From sequence record NC_048205.1: a stretch of DNA of 64,000 nucleotides. The stretch is one strand, 5' to 3'. Shown in pieces: positions 1-9,809 of the stretch. The position numbers and the translations under genes were made by a program. This DNA comes from Escherichia phage vB_Eco_mar004NP2. Numbering within the stretch: the stretch's first letter is position 1; every line of letters begins with the position of its first letter. A model generated the notes under the pieces. The model was given only the letters and a program-made list of their open reading frames with translations, was not told the DNA's origin and did not search any database.

Positions 1-913
1 AATCTGGCAACCGATCTCTAGATCGAGAGAGTTAATATAATCAACGTTATTAAGAGTCGCCTTAACAATTGTAGCATCATCAATAATTACCGGTTCGAAA
101 TAGCCAACTGGAGTTACTTTACCAGAAACCCCTACCTGCCACTCAACTTTAGTAAGAGTTGTAATCTCGCCTTCTTCATCCTCTTTAATAGCGAATGCTC
201 CACGAGGGAATTTATTAGTCCAGCCTTCTCGGAAGAATTTGTTATTGTCATTAATACGAACAACTTTACCGTCCGTCGGAATCCATTTAAAGAAGGAACG
301 CACATTAACAACTGTTAAGAAGTTCTCATTCTCCAGCCAAAGCATATCTTTTAAATACGCTTCTGTAATACCTACAGATTCAGCAGAACACTGGATACCA
401 TATGCAACGAAGATTAAACCACCTTCCCCGATACGTTGTACGAAATCATCTCTATCCTTGAGGTTAATAGCACCAGAGGCAAAGTTACGTTTATTTTCTA
501 CTTCTTTTGTAATTAGAACTTCACCAGTGATTTGAGTAGGTACTTTTTGGGAAATCTTTTTAGGGATGTTCAGCAATCTTACGTTGCTTGTGACATCATT
601 CCCTAGAATGCCATTACCACGAGTTAATGCTTGAACAAATTCGCCATTAATATATAACAGAGAAATCGCACAACCATCTAACTTATCAGTTTCTACCTGA
701 CCTAATGGGTTAAACGGAGGTTTATCTCCACGATTATAATAAACTTTCTGTAAAGAATACATACGATACAGATGTGGAATATCGCCCTTAGGCCCGATCT
801 CTTCTTCTAACGGAAATCTTTTAATCAGACGATCATATTCTTCGTCAGAGATTAAAGACATTCCCTGGTAATATGCTTCTTGGCAACGTTTAATAAAGTC
901 TTTTACATTAGTC
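1..913 (-). CDS. NAD-dependent DNA ligase, N-terminal adenylation part (truncated by window start)
   Basis: Manual translation of minus strand from ATG at 913: MTNVKDF...TDKLDGCAISLLY contains KxDG adenylation motif; promoter and RBS upstream. Confidence 0.75.
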
Positions 914-946
914 ATTTATTTGTATCTCTCATTAATTTATATAAAT

Positions 947-975
947 ATTATATAACAAAACTGAGTTGAAAGCAA
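947..975 (-). promoter_or_regulatory. T5-type early promoter (minus strand) for ligase gene
   Basis: -35 TTGCTT, 17-bp spacer, -10 TATAAT on minus strand; AT-rich upstream. Confidence 0.6.
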
Positions 976-1002
976 ATACATTTATAAAGAAAAAGCCAAG
1001 AA

Positions 1003-1311
1003 CTAGGCATTCTTGGCTTTGAGTTCTTCAGCTCGTTTCTGTACTTCATGTAAAACCTCAGATTCGCTAAGAATCTGTGTAAACGCATAGAAAAGCTGCG
1101 ATGTTGTTTCTAGGGTGTAAGGAAAAGAGAAGCCAGATTTCGTTGGAAACCATTCATCATTAATATCAAGAAGCCAGTAACGAATACCCATGTATAGATT
1201 CCCACGAAATTCAGATACTGTTAATCTTACTTGTTCTCCCTCCTTCTCCCAGAGTATGATGGACTGGTCATCAACGTGTCCTTCATAGTTTTGATTTACC
1301 TGTTCGCTCAT
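1003..1311 (-). CDS. PC4/YdbC-like ssDNA-binding protein (putative)
   Basis: RLTVSEFRGNLYMGIRYW...KSGFSF resembles PC4 C-terminal domain pattern. Confidence 0.45.
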   Translation of the reverse strand: MSEQVNQNYEGHVDDQSIILWEKEGEQVRLTVSEFRGNLYMGIRYWLLDINDEWFPTKSGFSFPYTLETTSQLFYAFTQILSESEVLHEVQKRAEELKAKNA

Positions 1312-1330
1312 TTACATATCCCAAATACAC

Positions 1331-1351
1331 AAAAAGCCCCATATAGGGGCT
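1331..1351 (-). terminator. rho-independent terminator (minus strand)
   Basis: Hairpin AGCCCC-ATAT-AGGGGCT followed by T-run on minus strand. Confidence 0.6.
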
Positions 1352-1361
1352 AATTGGTTTC

Positions 1362-1658
1362 TTATCGGCCTACTGGAGAAGCACGATCTAACTCTGATTG
1401 GAGGCTAGTCACACGACGGACTTTCTCGACAGGAATAAAACGGAAGCTATCATTAGTACGAGAGAAGACAAGGATCTCATCATCTTTCGCTTTACGAATA
1501 CGTTCACGTTTAATACGCTCAGCCAGATATTTATCTTGGGCTGGATCAAATTCCATCGTACCCTGAAGGTACGTGGTTCCTTTCTGACGAAGTTTCTCGT
1601 AATGAAGATAAAACTCACCAAATTTTTCACATTGTGTGATAATTTCAGCTTTGGTCAT
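1362..1658 (-). CDS. hypothetical protein
   Basis: ORF with AAGGAA RBS upstream; followed by hairpin plus T-run. Confidence 0.55.
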   Translation of the reverse strand: MTKAEIITQCEKFGEFYLHYEKLRQKGTTYLQGTMEFDPAQDKYLAERIKRERIRKAKDDEILVFSRTNDSFRFIPVEKVRRVTSLQSELDRASPVGR

Positions 1659-1694
1659 AACTGTGTTCCTTTTGTTGGTGGATTTATCTAAAAA

Positions 1695-2105
1695 TTACTT
1701 AGTGATAGCTCGGATTGCTTCTGCCAGATGAGCAGCCGCTTTACCGGTCAGTTTGTCGATAATTGCATCATCCAGAAAATCTGGTGCTAAGCCAGCATCA
1801 GAGAATGCTGAACGAAGATCGGCATGAGCTTGGGCTTTGGAAGTACGAGAACCACCAGAAGCTTTTTCTCCAGTAGATGCGCTAGATTTAGAAGCAGAGC
1901 CAGCAGCTTTCTTGATATACACACCTGCTTTAGTTAGCTTCATACGAAAACCGTTCGGAGTTACACCATTTTCCTGGGCAATTTCGCTAACAATTTCCAT
2001 GCTAACACCCGGACGTTCATCCTCTGGGAATTGCTCCATACGAGCAACGTATTCGGAAGACATTTTTTCGAACAGTTCATCAGTCCACTGAGTTGGAGTA
2101 GTCAT
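1695..2105 (-). CDS. hypothetical protein
   Basis: ORF with RBS and T5-type promoter upstream (2163-2191). Confidence 0.6.
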   Translation of the reverse strand: MTTPTQWTDELFEKMSSEYVARMEQFPEDERPGVSMEIVSEIAQENGVTPNGFRMKLTKAGVYIKKAAGSASKSSASTGEKASGGSRTSKAQAHADLRSAFSDAGLAPDFLDDAIIDKLTGKAAAHLAEAIRAITK

Positions 2106-2162
2106 ATTTTATATTTCCTTAATTAATAATTAAACAGAATAGTTCTTTCAAACTATGAGAAT

Positions 2163-2191
2163 ATTATATCAAGAATTATAGGATTAAGCAA
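2163..2191 (-). promoter_or_regulatory. T5-type early promoter (minus strand)
   Basis: -35 TTGCTT / 17 bp / -10 TATAAT. Confidence 0.6.
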
Positions 2192-2211
2192 CTGAAATTT
2201 TTCTGTAATTG

Positions 2212-2475
2212 CTACACATCTAGCTCAACGATCTCCCAATCATCCGCCAGAGCTTCTTCTAGGGTTAGGGAGGAGGTTTTCCATGTTGCGTCTTTTATAT
2301 CGAACTTGGTATACCCATCTTCATTGGGCCACCAGGTAAACTCGACAATATCATTATTATCAACATCTACTTTTATAATGGTAGAGTAATAAGTACGAGC
2401 GTCCCAATTACCCCAGCTATCCCGCTGGAGATATTTTACATCTCCATCTTTAAGCAAATCTGTTAGCTTACTCAC
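2212..2475 (-). CDS. hypothetical protein
   Basis: ORF; likely GTG start at 2475 preceded by AAGGAA; overlaps stop of upstream gene by 8 nt. Confidence 0.45.
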   Translation of the reverse strand: MSKLTDLLKDGDVKYLQRDSWGNWDARTYYSTIIKVDVDNNDIVEFTWWPNEDGYTKFDIKDATWKTSSLTLEEALADDWEIVELDV

Positions 2476-3172
2476 GGCGTTTTCCTTTTTCTTTATCAAG
2501 CTTCAGGGCGGCCTTAACAGCTTCGTTAATCAACGTAATAATTTCTTCACGAGTCCACTTGTACCCTAGAGATTTTACGTCAACCCCTAACTTTTCTAGA
2601 TGCTTAACAGAGGCCAACTCGTAATTCATATAATGGACGTTCTGTTGTTTGCCTTCCGATAGAAGCCATACACGGTAACAACCAACAGGATTATCCATTG
2701 CTTTTTTGATTTCACCGATACACTGGTATCCAGGAACCCAAACAAGCTCACCAACTGCAAATTCTTCTGCTACAGCATCATCAGGAATAATTGGAGGATT
2801 CAATGGATCTACAATATCGTTCAAACGAAGTAGAGCACCATATCGTTCCAGAACAGATTTAACCATTGCTACAGAGCGGTAATTACGATCGGCAATTTCT
2901 TCAAAAGAATCACCAGATAAATACTGCTCAATAACGTTAGCTAACTCAATGCCTTCAATGAGTGTGCCACGTTTCTTTTTCTTCATTTCGGCAACTTGAA
3001 TCTGGCGGTCTTGCCATTCTTCAATCATTCTTTCCATAGTTGGATTAGATGATACGCCGAGCATTTCACATGCTGCTTTCTTAGTACCACCGTTCTCCAG
3101 ATGCTCTATAACCTTTTTAAAGACTTCATCCGGGATTTCATGGATATGTTTCTTTCTACGAGAACCAGCCAT
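2468..3172 (-). CDS. putative HTH DNA-binding protein
   Basis: N-terminal HTH-like segment (GGTKKAACEMLGVS); strong RBS GAGGAG and N25-like promoter upstream. Confidence 0.65.
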   Translation of the reverse strand: MAGSRRKKHIHEIPDEVFKKVIEHLENGGTKKAACEMLGVSSNPTMERMIEEWQDRQIQVAEMKKKKRGTLIEGIELANVIEQYLSGDSFEEIADRNYRSVAMVKSVLERYGALLRLNDIVDPLNPPIIPDDAVAEEFAVGELVWVPGYQCIGEIKKAMDNPVGCYRVWLLSEGKQQNVHYMNYELASVKHLEKLGVDVKSLGYKWTREEIITLINEAVKAALKLDKEKGKRRE

Positions 3173-3203
3173 ATTTAAACTCCTCTCTCAAATTTATGAA
3201 TCT

Positions 3204-3232
3204 ATTATACAGAAATTTTTTGCACTATGCAA
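3204..3232 (-). promoter_or_regulatory. T5-type early promoter (minus strand), N25-like
   Basis: -35 TTGCAT / 17 bp / -10 TATAAT followed by CATAAATTTGAGAGAGGAG leader. Confidence 0.65.
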
Positions 3233-3240
3233 ATAAATTT

Positions 3241-3483
3241 TTACGATTCCTTGAGCAAAGAAGCAAGTTCAGCATAGACTTTATCTAATTCAAAGCCGAT
3301 GCGAAGAGACACGTTTGTTTTCCGTTGTTTAAGTAACCACTCGGATATGTTAGGGATGCCAGCTAATCTAGCAGGAACCACCCTACATAGCTTTTCCGAA
3401 GTATCGTAAACAGGAACTTTACGCTCTTTTACTGGGAACTTCCTTGTTTCCCATTTTTTATTCTTCACTGTCATTTCTAGCAC
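3241..3483 (-). CDS. hypothetical protein
   Basis: ORF overlapping end of upstream gene; weak RBS. Confidence 0.45.
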   Translation of the reverse strand: MLEMTVKNKKWETRKFPVKERKVPVYDTSEKLCRVVPARLAGIPNISEWLLKQRKTNVSLRIGFELDKVYAELASLLKES

Positions 3484-6247
3484 CTAGCTCTGCCATTGCT
3501 TCATCATGCATATGTTTCTCCTCATCAGTCATAAACTTATAAGGAATTGGCATACACTCGATTTTACAATAGGTTCTGTACCAGTCTACAATATTTTCAG
3601 TGTTCATATCCTTACCAATACCCATCATACCAAGATACATTCTAGCATATTTTGGGTTAGCACTCTGACCTGTTTTAAGGAAGAAGTCCTTCTTCTTACC
3701 TTTCAGAGCTTCTATGAATGGTTTGATAGTGACGTTTGAACACTTCTTAATATCTTCCCAAAACATCTCGTGCATTTTATGGAAGAATGCCGCTCGATCA
3801 TTAGGTTTATCCTTGATATATTGTTCAACATGCTCAACTGTTACATCTTTAATAGACTCAAGATGATAATAGCGAACAAGAAGTAGTTTAGCTTCATACG
3901 CATCCGCATGACGTGGAGCACAATAATCAGGAGTTGAATGTAGAATAGCTTTGATTCGCTCTTCCATATATTCTTTCCCTGCACCTTCAATAGTTCCCCA
4001 GCTTTCGCTGAAAATATCAATAGTTGCACCCTGATCAAGCAAGTAATAACGTAAAGTACTAGTATAATTTCTAGATTCCAGCTCTCTACGACGTGCATAT
4101 AATTGCTGTGCTAACTCCAGCCAGCCCTCATCAATATTATATTGTTCAGAACCTGCAGAGAATCCACTCGTAGATTTATCAATAAAATAATAGATATTCT
4201 GAGCACCACGGTCGCGCCTGATTGCTTGAAAACGCATGTTTGGAGCTTGGTTACTGGTTCTAGTAATAACGAATACGTTATCAAAATAGTTAAAGTCAAC
4301 TCCACTCGTTACGGATGGACTACATAATAAGCAATCAATTTGTTGATCAATCAGCTCATTAGTTGTGTAATCCAGAATACGTCTAATATCCACATCAGAC
4401 GTAGAATTTGAGTGGATTTCCTTAACTAACGCACCCGTATTACGACGTAATGCCATACCCTTCTCATTCAGCTCATCAGGGCCACAATCAGATACCAGAA
4501 TAGATTTCTCACCCATCTCTAGAGAAGTCTGAAGTGCAACCCAAATACTGGATTCATCAGGAAACTCATAAGCATGAGCTTTTGACAGCATTTTACGGTG
4601 ATGATTATAAAATGCAACCGGTTTATCAAACTCGATCAAAGAACCATATGCTTCAATTGTTTCTGCACTAATATCACCATCTGATAATATAATGATTTTT
4701 GCAGTTGCAAGAATATCCCGAAGAACCTGAATACATTCACGACGTTGTTTAACAACCGGGGCGAATAATAGGTCGTTCATTACTGCATCACATTCATCGA
4801 TAAAGATTGCATCAATTTGACCAATAAAACTCTTGAACTTATGCAAAGAGTGAATAGTTGTGGACATACGGTCAATAGCACCACGCTTAAAATTAAGCAT
4901 ATCTACAGACTTATCATATTGTCCTGCACTAAATTTCTTAGCATTGGAAGATACCAGTGCTCGAGTATTGGTAATTGCTAAGAAATTACCTTTAATAACT
5001 CCTGAATCTAACCAACGCACAACCGCTGTAGTTTTACCTGTACCTAGACTCGCTTTTACAAAAGTCATATAACCTTCTGGTGGCACAGTATTTAATTTCA
5101 AGAAGTTATCAGTCTCTAAAGAGTTAGTTTCTAGCTTTTTGAGTGGAATACCTTTTAAAACATCCGGTATATCACGTTTAGAATTATTAACAAATGCTTT
5201 TAGAGCCTGTTTACGACCATTATTAAAGTAGTCTTGAATATTACGACTATTATCTTTAGTTGCAATATATTCTGATAAGGCTGGACGGATTTCTTTTTCT
5301 AGCCATGCAAAATCAACACCATCCTCTAAAGCCCTGTGATAGAGTTTAGGAATAATACGTAGATACACTCCATCCTCAGCTTCTTCTAGTTCGCTGATGG
5401 TTTCTTCTACTTTATCAGAGGCAGCTTTTTTACCCTTAATTTGGTCGAGTAAAGAGTAGAACTCTTCTTTAAACTCACCTCTAGTTGTTTCATAGTCAAC
5501 CAGATTATTGGGTAAATTTACTTTAGAACCCTTAACAAATACCAGACGTGAAGCACCCTCCGCTTTAAACGGATCTACTATACCATCGGTAAATAACGGA
5601 TCTGCAAAATAATGGAGCTGTACGGAAGAGTAATAAGCTAAGTCGGCAATATCAAAGCCATACTTTTGTCTACTACTTTCGTTGATAGATGTAAATAAGA
5701 ATTTGATTTGACCCTGAGTTACTTTAACATTAGATTCTAGTATTAAGTGCATTCGGATACCTGGTTTTAGCCCAGCCGAAGACGATGCATGAGCGATAAA
5801 CCCTGCATCAAGAGGAAACATATCCTCACTAATACTATTTAACATTCTAATAATATGTCGAGCCATGCCAACAAGATCAAACTTGTTACAACCACCTGTA
5901 TCTACAATACCATCCACATCCATTGCAATTATATGACTTGGGTTAGATACATTAAAGTTGCCCTTCTTACGTCGCACATTATTTTTAGGTGCAAGACATC
6001 GACCTCGTACCGCAACGATATGAGGGTCAGACGTTAAACGTCTCATAAGAGGAAGCATTTCTACTAGGGTTTGAGGATCAACTTCGTCAATTACATCAAA
6101 CTTGAAGGGCATTGAAGCTGGTTTACCTTCAGGATGCTTTGAGGAAAATCTTTTAGCAAAAAGATAATCTTCTGCTTTAACTTCTCGCCAATTGCCTGTG
6201 GCTAAATCGCGATGAAATCCTGCATGACCTTGTAGGATTGAAAACAC
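3458..6247 (-). CDS. putative replication primase/helicase (P-loop NTPase)
   Basis: Walker A GTGKTT, DECD Walker B-like, helicase-like motifs; track ORF extends to 6325 (TTG) but GTG at 6247 has AGGAG RBS 7 nt upstream. Confidence 0.6.
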   Translation of the reverse strand: MFSILQGHAGFHRDLATGNWREVKAEDYLFAKRFSSKHPEGKPASMPFKFDVIDEVDPQTLVEMLPLMRRLTSDPHIVAVRGRCLAPKNNVRRKKGNFNVSNPSHIIAMDVDGIVDTGGCNKFDLVGMARHIIRMLNSISEDMFPLDAGFIAHASSSAGLKPGIRMHLILESNVKVTQGQIKFLFTSINESSRQKYGFDIADLAYYSSVQLHYFADPLFTDGIVDPFKAEGASRLVFVKGSKVNLPNNLVDYETTRGEFKEEFYSLLDQIKGKKAASDKVEETISELEEAEDGVYLRIIPKLYHRALEDGVDFAWLEKEIRPALSEYIATKDNSRNIQDYFNNGRKQALKAFVNNSKRDIPDVLKGIPLKKLETNSLETDNFLKLNTVPPEGYMTFVKASLGTGKTTAVVRWLDSGVIKGNFLAITNTRALVSSNAKKFSAGQYDKSVDMLNFKRGAIDRMSTTIHSLHKFKSFIGQIDAIFIDECDAVMNDLLFAPVVKQRRECIQVLRDILATAKIIILSDGDISAETIEAYGSLIEFDKPVAFYNHHRKMLSKAHAYEFPDESSIWVALQTSLEMGEKSILVSDCGPDELNEKGMALRRNTGALVKEIHSNSTSDVDIRRILDYTTNELIDQQIDCLLCSPSVTSGVDFNYFDNVFVITRTSNQAPNMRFQAIRRDRGAQNIYYFIDKSTSGFSAGSEQYNIDEGWLELAQQLYARRRELESRNYTSTLRYYLLDQGATIDIFSESWGTIEGAGKEYMEERIKAILHSTPDYCAPRHADAYEAKLLLVRYYHLESIKDVTVEHVEQYIKDKPNDRAAFFHKMHEMFWEDIKKCSNVTIKPFIEALKGKKKDFFLKTGQSANPKYARMYLGMMGIGKDMNTENIVDWYRTYCKIECMPIPYKFMTDEEKHMHDEAMAELGARNDSEE

Positions 6248-6746
6248 AACAATACTCCTGTGTTGGAAATGAAATAAGTTTTCTTTAGGACTATTCAGAA
6301 AGAATAGAACAACTGTTACTGTCAATTTCTCAACAAATTAATCGCAAATACTGAAGTGGGGTGGCAACTTCCACTTTCACGCTGCGCTGCTGCTTTGCTA
6401 TACCGCACAAATCCTTGAGGATGGCCGCTAAGCCAGATTTGCTCACCTAATGCTTCATATACTAGCTCATACTAGATGCAATATAACTTACAGAATCACG
6501 TCTCGGAGTTTTTCACTCCTCCCGTCTCACTTCACAACCACCTCTATCTAGGTTGCTTCGAGGCCTTACCAGGGTTCCTACGGGACGCAGATCGCTAAGT
6601 ATTCTATTAACTATTTGTTTAAAAACTAACACGTAACAGTTAAAACAACCCTTAATGGGGCAGCCTAACTGTTCCGTATCGCGGATTGTAAACAAGAAAA
6701 ATTAGCAAAATCAATTTTTACTAATGTCTCTCAATTCAATATAAAT

Positions 6747-6775
6747 ATTATATCAAGATTTTGAGCACCATGCAA
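6747..6775 (-). promoter_or_regulatory. T5-type early promoter (minus strand) with about 400-nt leader before primase/helicase gene
   Basis: -35 TTGCAT / 17 bp / -10 TATAAT. Confidence 0.55.
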
Positions 6776-6866
6776 GTAAATTTTTCCCAAAGGTGCTATC
6801 AGTGTCTTTGAGTACAGAGAAAACCGAGCCAAAATGACTCGGTAATCAGAGTTCAGCTAGTAAAAA

Positions 6867-7259
6867 TCATTCATCATTTAGGCCTGGAACATAAATCCCA
6901 ACACGGTTTAATTGTTCTTTAGCTTCTTTGAGAATATCTGGAGTGTACTCCCAAATATCATCTTTCACCTGTAAAAGATGGGGCGAACAACCGTCATCAG
7001 GCACACGACATATGGCAAAACCACGTGGATGGAACAAAGAGAAATTTAGGGAAACAATTAAACCCATAGAGGACAATTCATTCCAGTCCATCTCCCATTC
7101 CCCGGCATATCCAGACAGGAAAACGCCAGTGCAGGGATCATCTATTTGCTGCTCTGGAAAAGTGAAGGAGGCTTGCTTTACCCCCAACCAACGTTGTAGC
7201 AGCTTCTCAGCACGCTTCACCAAACTAGGATCAATCTGACGCCAATATACTTGTTCCAT
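6867..7259 (-). CDS. hypothetical protein (paralog of 7269-7697)
   Basis: AAGGAGG RBS; shares W.EL..MGL...LN..LF.P and C-terminal G(I/Y).(V/I)PGL with neighbour. Confidence 0.65.
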   Translation of the reverse strand: MEQVYWRQIDPSLVKRAEKLLQRWLGVKQASFTFPEQQIDDPCTGVFLSGYAGEWEMDWNELSSMGLIVSLNFSLFHPRGFAICRVPDDGCSPHLLQVKDDIWEYTPDILKEAKEQLNRVGIYVPGLNDE

Positions 7260-7268
7260 TCTGCCTCC

Positions 7269-7697
7269 TTAAGCAGTTAAACCTGGGATCATATACCCGA
7301 AACGGCGAAGTTTCTGAATCCCCTCATTCACCTCTTCCGGTGAGTAAGACCAACCATAACGTTCATTAACCTGAAAACCAGGAGATTCACTAGTTTTATA
7401 GTTAACAACTAGGCGATGCTTAGCAGGCATAAACAGCTTATAGTTTAACGCAAAAACTAAGCCCATTTCGTCTAACTCTTTCCAGCCCACAATCTCTTCA
7501 AGACCATCCTCTACCTGCACAATTAAACCAATACAGGGGGCCTCATCAATATCATCCTTAAAAGCAAAGGAGATTTCGTTATTCTCACACCATATTTTCA
7601 AAGAGTTAATAGCCTCATTATACAGGCTAGCTGGGAGAGTACGCCAAAAGTTAACCAAAATTGGGTTAGCTTCTTTAGAGAATACATTATTGAACAT
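7269..7697 (-). CDS. hypothetical protein (paralog of 6867-7259)
   Basis: AAGGTG RBS; paralogous to adjacent ORF. Confidence 0.65.
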   Translation of the reverse strand: MFNNVFSKEANPILVNFWRTLPASLYNEAINSLKIWCENNEISFAFKDDIDEAPCIGLIVQVEDGLEEIVGWKELDEMGLVFALNYKLFMPAKHRLVVNYKTSESPGFQVNERYGWSYSPEEVNEGIQKLRRFGYMIPGLTA

Positions 7698-7699
7698 AT

Positions 7700-8206
7700 T
7701 TACACCTTAAATTGTTGTAAGGATTTACACATTTCAATATCTGGGCTAAATTCTAGCATATAGCTAACAGCTTTTAAATCTTGAAGATTTATCCCAGTCC
7801 TACCGTTGACTATAACCGTTGGATACTGATACATCATAGCACCAGCATCATCAAGCACACACCAATGTTTGAGCTTATGCTTTTCAACGAAACGGAGAAC
7901 AGAATTACCTCTAGATAGCCCACCCCCAGTAAAATCAGTTGTACCAAGAAAACGATCGATAAGACCTAATCCGGTCATAATCTGAACGTTCTCCATCTCA
8001 TTCCTGACAGAGAACCATGAGGATACTCCAACAATCATTATCGGAGAAGGACGAATAAAATCCTGAAAAGCCTTGAGAAGCGGTTTGAAAACCCAGTCAC
8101 TTCCAAAGAAAATCTTTTCATTATCAGGTGCATGATGATGGGAGATGCTCGAATTGAGCACCCCATCAATGTCTAGAAAAATAATTGGAGTATTACTTAT
8201 TTCCAT
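7700..8206 (-). CDS. HAD-superfamily hydrolase/phosphatase (putative)
   Basis: N-terminal IIFLDIDGVLN matches HAD motif I (DxDG); AAGGAA RBS. Confidence 0.55.
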   Translation of the reverse strand: MEISNTPIIFLDIDGVLNSSISHHHAPDNEKIFFGSDWVFKPLLKAFQDFIRPSPIMIVGVSSWFSVRNEMENVQIMTGLGLIDRFLGTTDFTGGGLSRGNSVLRFVEKHKLKHWCVLDDAGAMMYQYPTVIVNGRTGINLQDLKAVSYMLEFSPDIEMCKSLQQFKV

Positions 8207-8296
8207 TTTTGTTCCTTTCTAAGAACGTATCATACTCAACCGTATCAACATATATAACACCAAGTGCCAGACTAAGCTATAAAAATATCCCATTCA

Positions 8297-9115
8297 TTAT
8301 TTCTTGCTTCTCGACACATAAGGTCTACCCTCTAAATGGGCTTCTACACGAGCAATAAAATCAGGGTCATTGAAAGCATCTACCGCACCTTTACTCCAGT
8401 AAGGGATACCACGTTCTTCCAGCTGGTACATCTCACTACGAGTCATACCTTGATAGCCCGGTTCCGCTGCGAGGGCACTATCATAGTAGTTAACAACCAT
8501 AAGTTTCGCAGCAGTCAAATTAAGAACAGGAAATAATTCCCAGTAGAAGTTAATTACTTGGTTAGAGCAACCAACCACAATGATCATATCTTGACTGGTA
8601 ATACCATCAAAAATATTGTACATTTCTGCATACGCTGGAGCATGCTCCCCAAAGAAGATTACATTAGGTTTAACCCATTTATAATCATCTGGATCAATAG
8701 AATTGTACCCTATATCAATAATCCGTTTATTGCTACTATTGTAGCTATCAGCTACAACAACCTCTTTTAAATATCCGTGAATGTGCAGAATGTCACTATG
8801 TGGAACGCCAGCACGCTCAATAAGGTCATCAACGTTGGTAGTCAAGTTTACTACCTGACCTGGATATTGTTTATACCATTCACCAATACGCAAATGTGCA
8901 AGATTGGGTTCAACAGTTTTTAGCTCTTCACGACGTTTGTTGTAAAACATATGGGTTTTATGGTAAAAATTACCACGAAAGGTATGAATATTACATACTT
9001 CTTCTAGATCATAATCATCCCACAGTGCTTTACCACTAGCAGTATCAGTACGAAAAGCTCGTACACCACTTTCAACACTCAAACCCGCACCGCTAATAAT
9101 AATTAATCTACGCAT
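8297..9115 (-). CDS. Sir2-family NAD-dependent deacetylase/ADP-ribosyltransferase-like protein
   Basis: IISGAGLSVESGVRAFR matches Sir2 GAG..ESG..FR motif; start taken at Met 9115 with AGGTGG RBS. Confidence 0.75.
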   Translation of the reverse strand: MRRLIIISGAGLSVESGVRAFRTDTASGKALWDDYDLEEVCNIHTFRGNFYHKTHMFYNKRREELKTVEPNLAHLRIGEWYKQYPGQVVNLTTNVDDLIERAGVPHSDILHIHGYLKEVVVADSYNSSNKRIIDIGYNSIDPDDYKWVKPNVIFFGEHAPAYAEMYNIFDGITSQDMIIVVGCSNQVINFYWELFPVLNLTAAKLMVVNYYDSALAAEPGYQGMTRSEMYQLEERGIPYWSKGAVDAFNDPDFIARVEAHLEGRPYVSRSKK

Positions 9116-9329
9116 TTTCCACCTGTTCTCTGAAGTTTTGCCCAATACTGTCTAATAGCTCAGCTAATTCTTTATTGCCTTTCTCCATTAAGGTATTAGC
9201 AATAACTTCTAGCATATTAGCGCAGGATTCAACACCATCCTTATAGCCAGTTTCCCAATGCTGCATTAATGCGTTTTCCAAAGCGGCATTTAAACCCTTA
9301 TCTGGTAGCATCGGCTTCGAGAATGCCAT
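9108..9329 (-). CDS. hypothetical protein
   Basis: ORF with AGGAG RBS. Confidence 0.55.
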   Translation of the reverse strand: MAFSKPMLPDKGLNAALENALMQHWETGYKDGVESCANMLEVIANTLMEKGNKELAELLDSIGQNFREQVENA

Positions 9330-9501
9330 AAAGTTTCTCCTCTAGTTCCATAACACGATTTTCATAAGAAGCACGCAACTTTTCAATTGCCAGCGCACGC
9401 ACTGTAACCTCATTAGAATTAATAGCTAACTGGGCTAGGTCTTCTGTTTCCATACGTCCGTTGTAAATTAAGCGATATTTAAGATGTTTTACGTTCTTCA
9501 T
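9298..9501 (-). CDS. hypothetical protein
   Basis: ORF with GAGGAA RBS. Confidence 0.55.
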   Translation of the reverse strand: MKNVKHLKYRLIYNGRMETEDLAQLAINSNEVTVRALAIEKLRASYENRVMELEEKLYGILEADATR

Positions 9502-9710
9502 TCTTGTTCCTCAAACATTTCAATTTCTGCACTAGCAATAGAAAGGGCGGGCCCAGATAAGCACAATCCCACCCTAGGATCAATCTTCCCTTCGTCCATC
9601 CAAGTATTTACTAAACATAATTTAGCTATATCCCCACGGAGAATGGAACCATACGCCCCAGAATCCATAATAAAATAGATACGTTCTTTATCTACCTTGT
9701 GAACTCTCAT
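9498..9710 (-). CDS. hypothetical protein
   Basis: ORF with GAGGAG RBS and T5-type promoter upstream. Confidence 0.6.
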   Translation of the reverse strand: MRVHKVDKERIYFIMDSGAYGSILRGDIAKLCLVNTWMDEGKIDPRVGLCLSGPALSIASAEIEMFEEQE

Positions 9711-9738
9711 AGCTTTCTCCTCTCAAATTTATAAATCA

Positions 9739-9767
9739 ATTATACATAAATTTTTGGCTGAAAGCAA
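9739..9767 (-). promoter_or_regulatory. T5-type early promoter (minus strand), N25-like
   Basis: -35 TTGCTT / 17 bp / -10 TATAAT then CATAAATTTGAGAGGAG leader. Confidence 0.65.
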
Positions 9768-9809
9768 ATAAAATAAAAGCCAGGTCGACTAGCAACCCGG
9801 CTGATTAGC

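Noticed and set aside
239-535. 98-aa plus-strand ORF
   Set aside because: Lies entirely inside the minus-strand ligase coding region, which has clear catalytic motifs
3506-6037. Several 60-85-aa ORFs on both strands (3506-3739, 3841-4098, 4111-4305, 4142-4327, 4860-5072, 5855-6037)
   Set aside because: All are embedded in the 955-aa primase/helicase-like gene and lack RBS; AT-rich sequence generates such frames by chance
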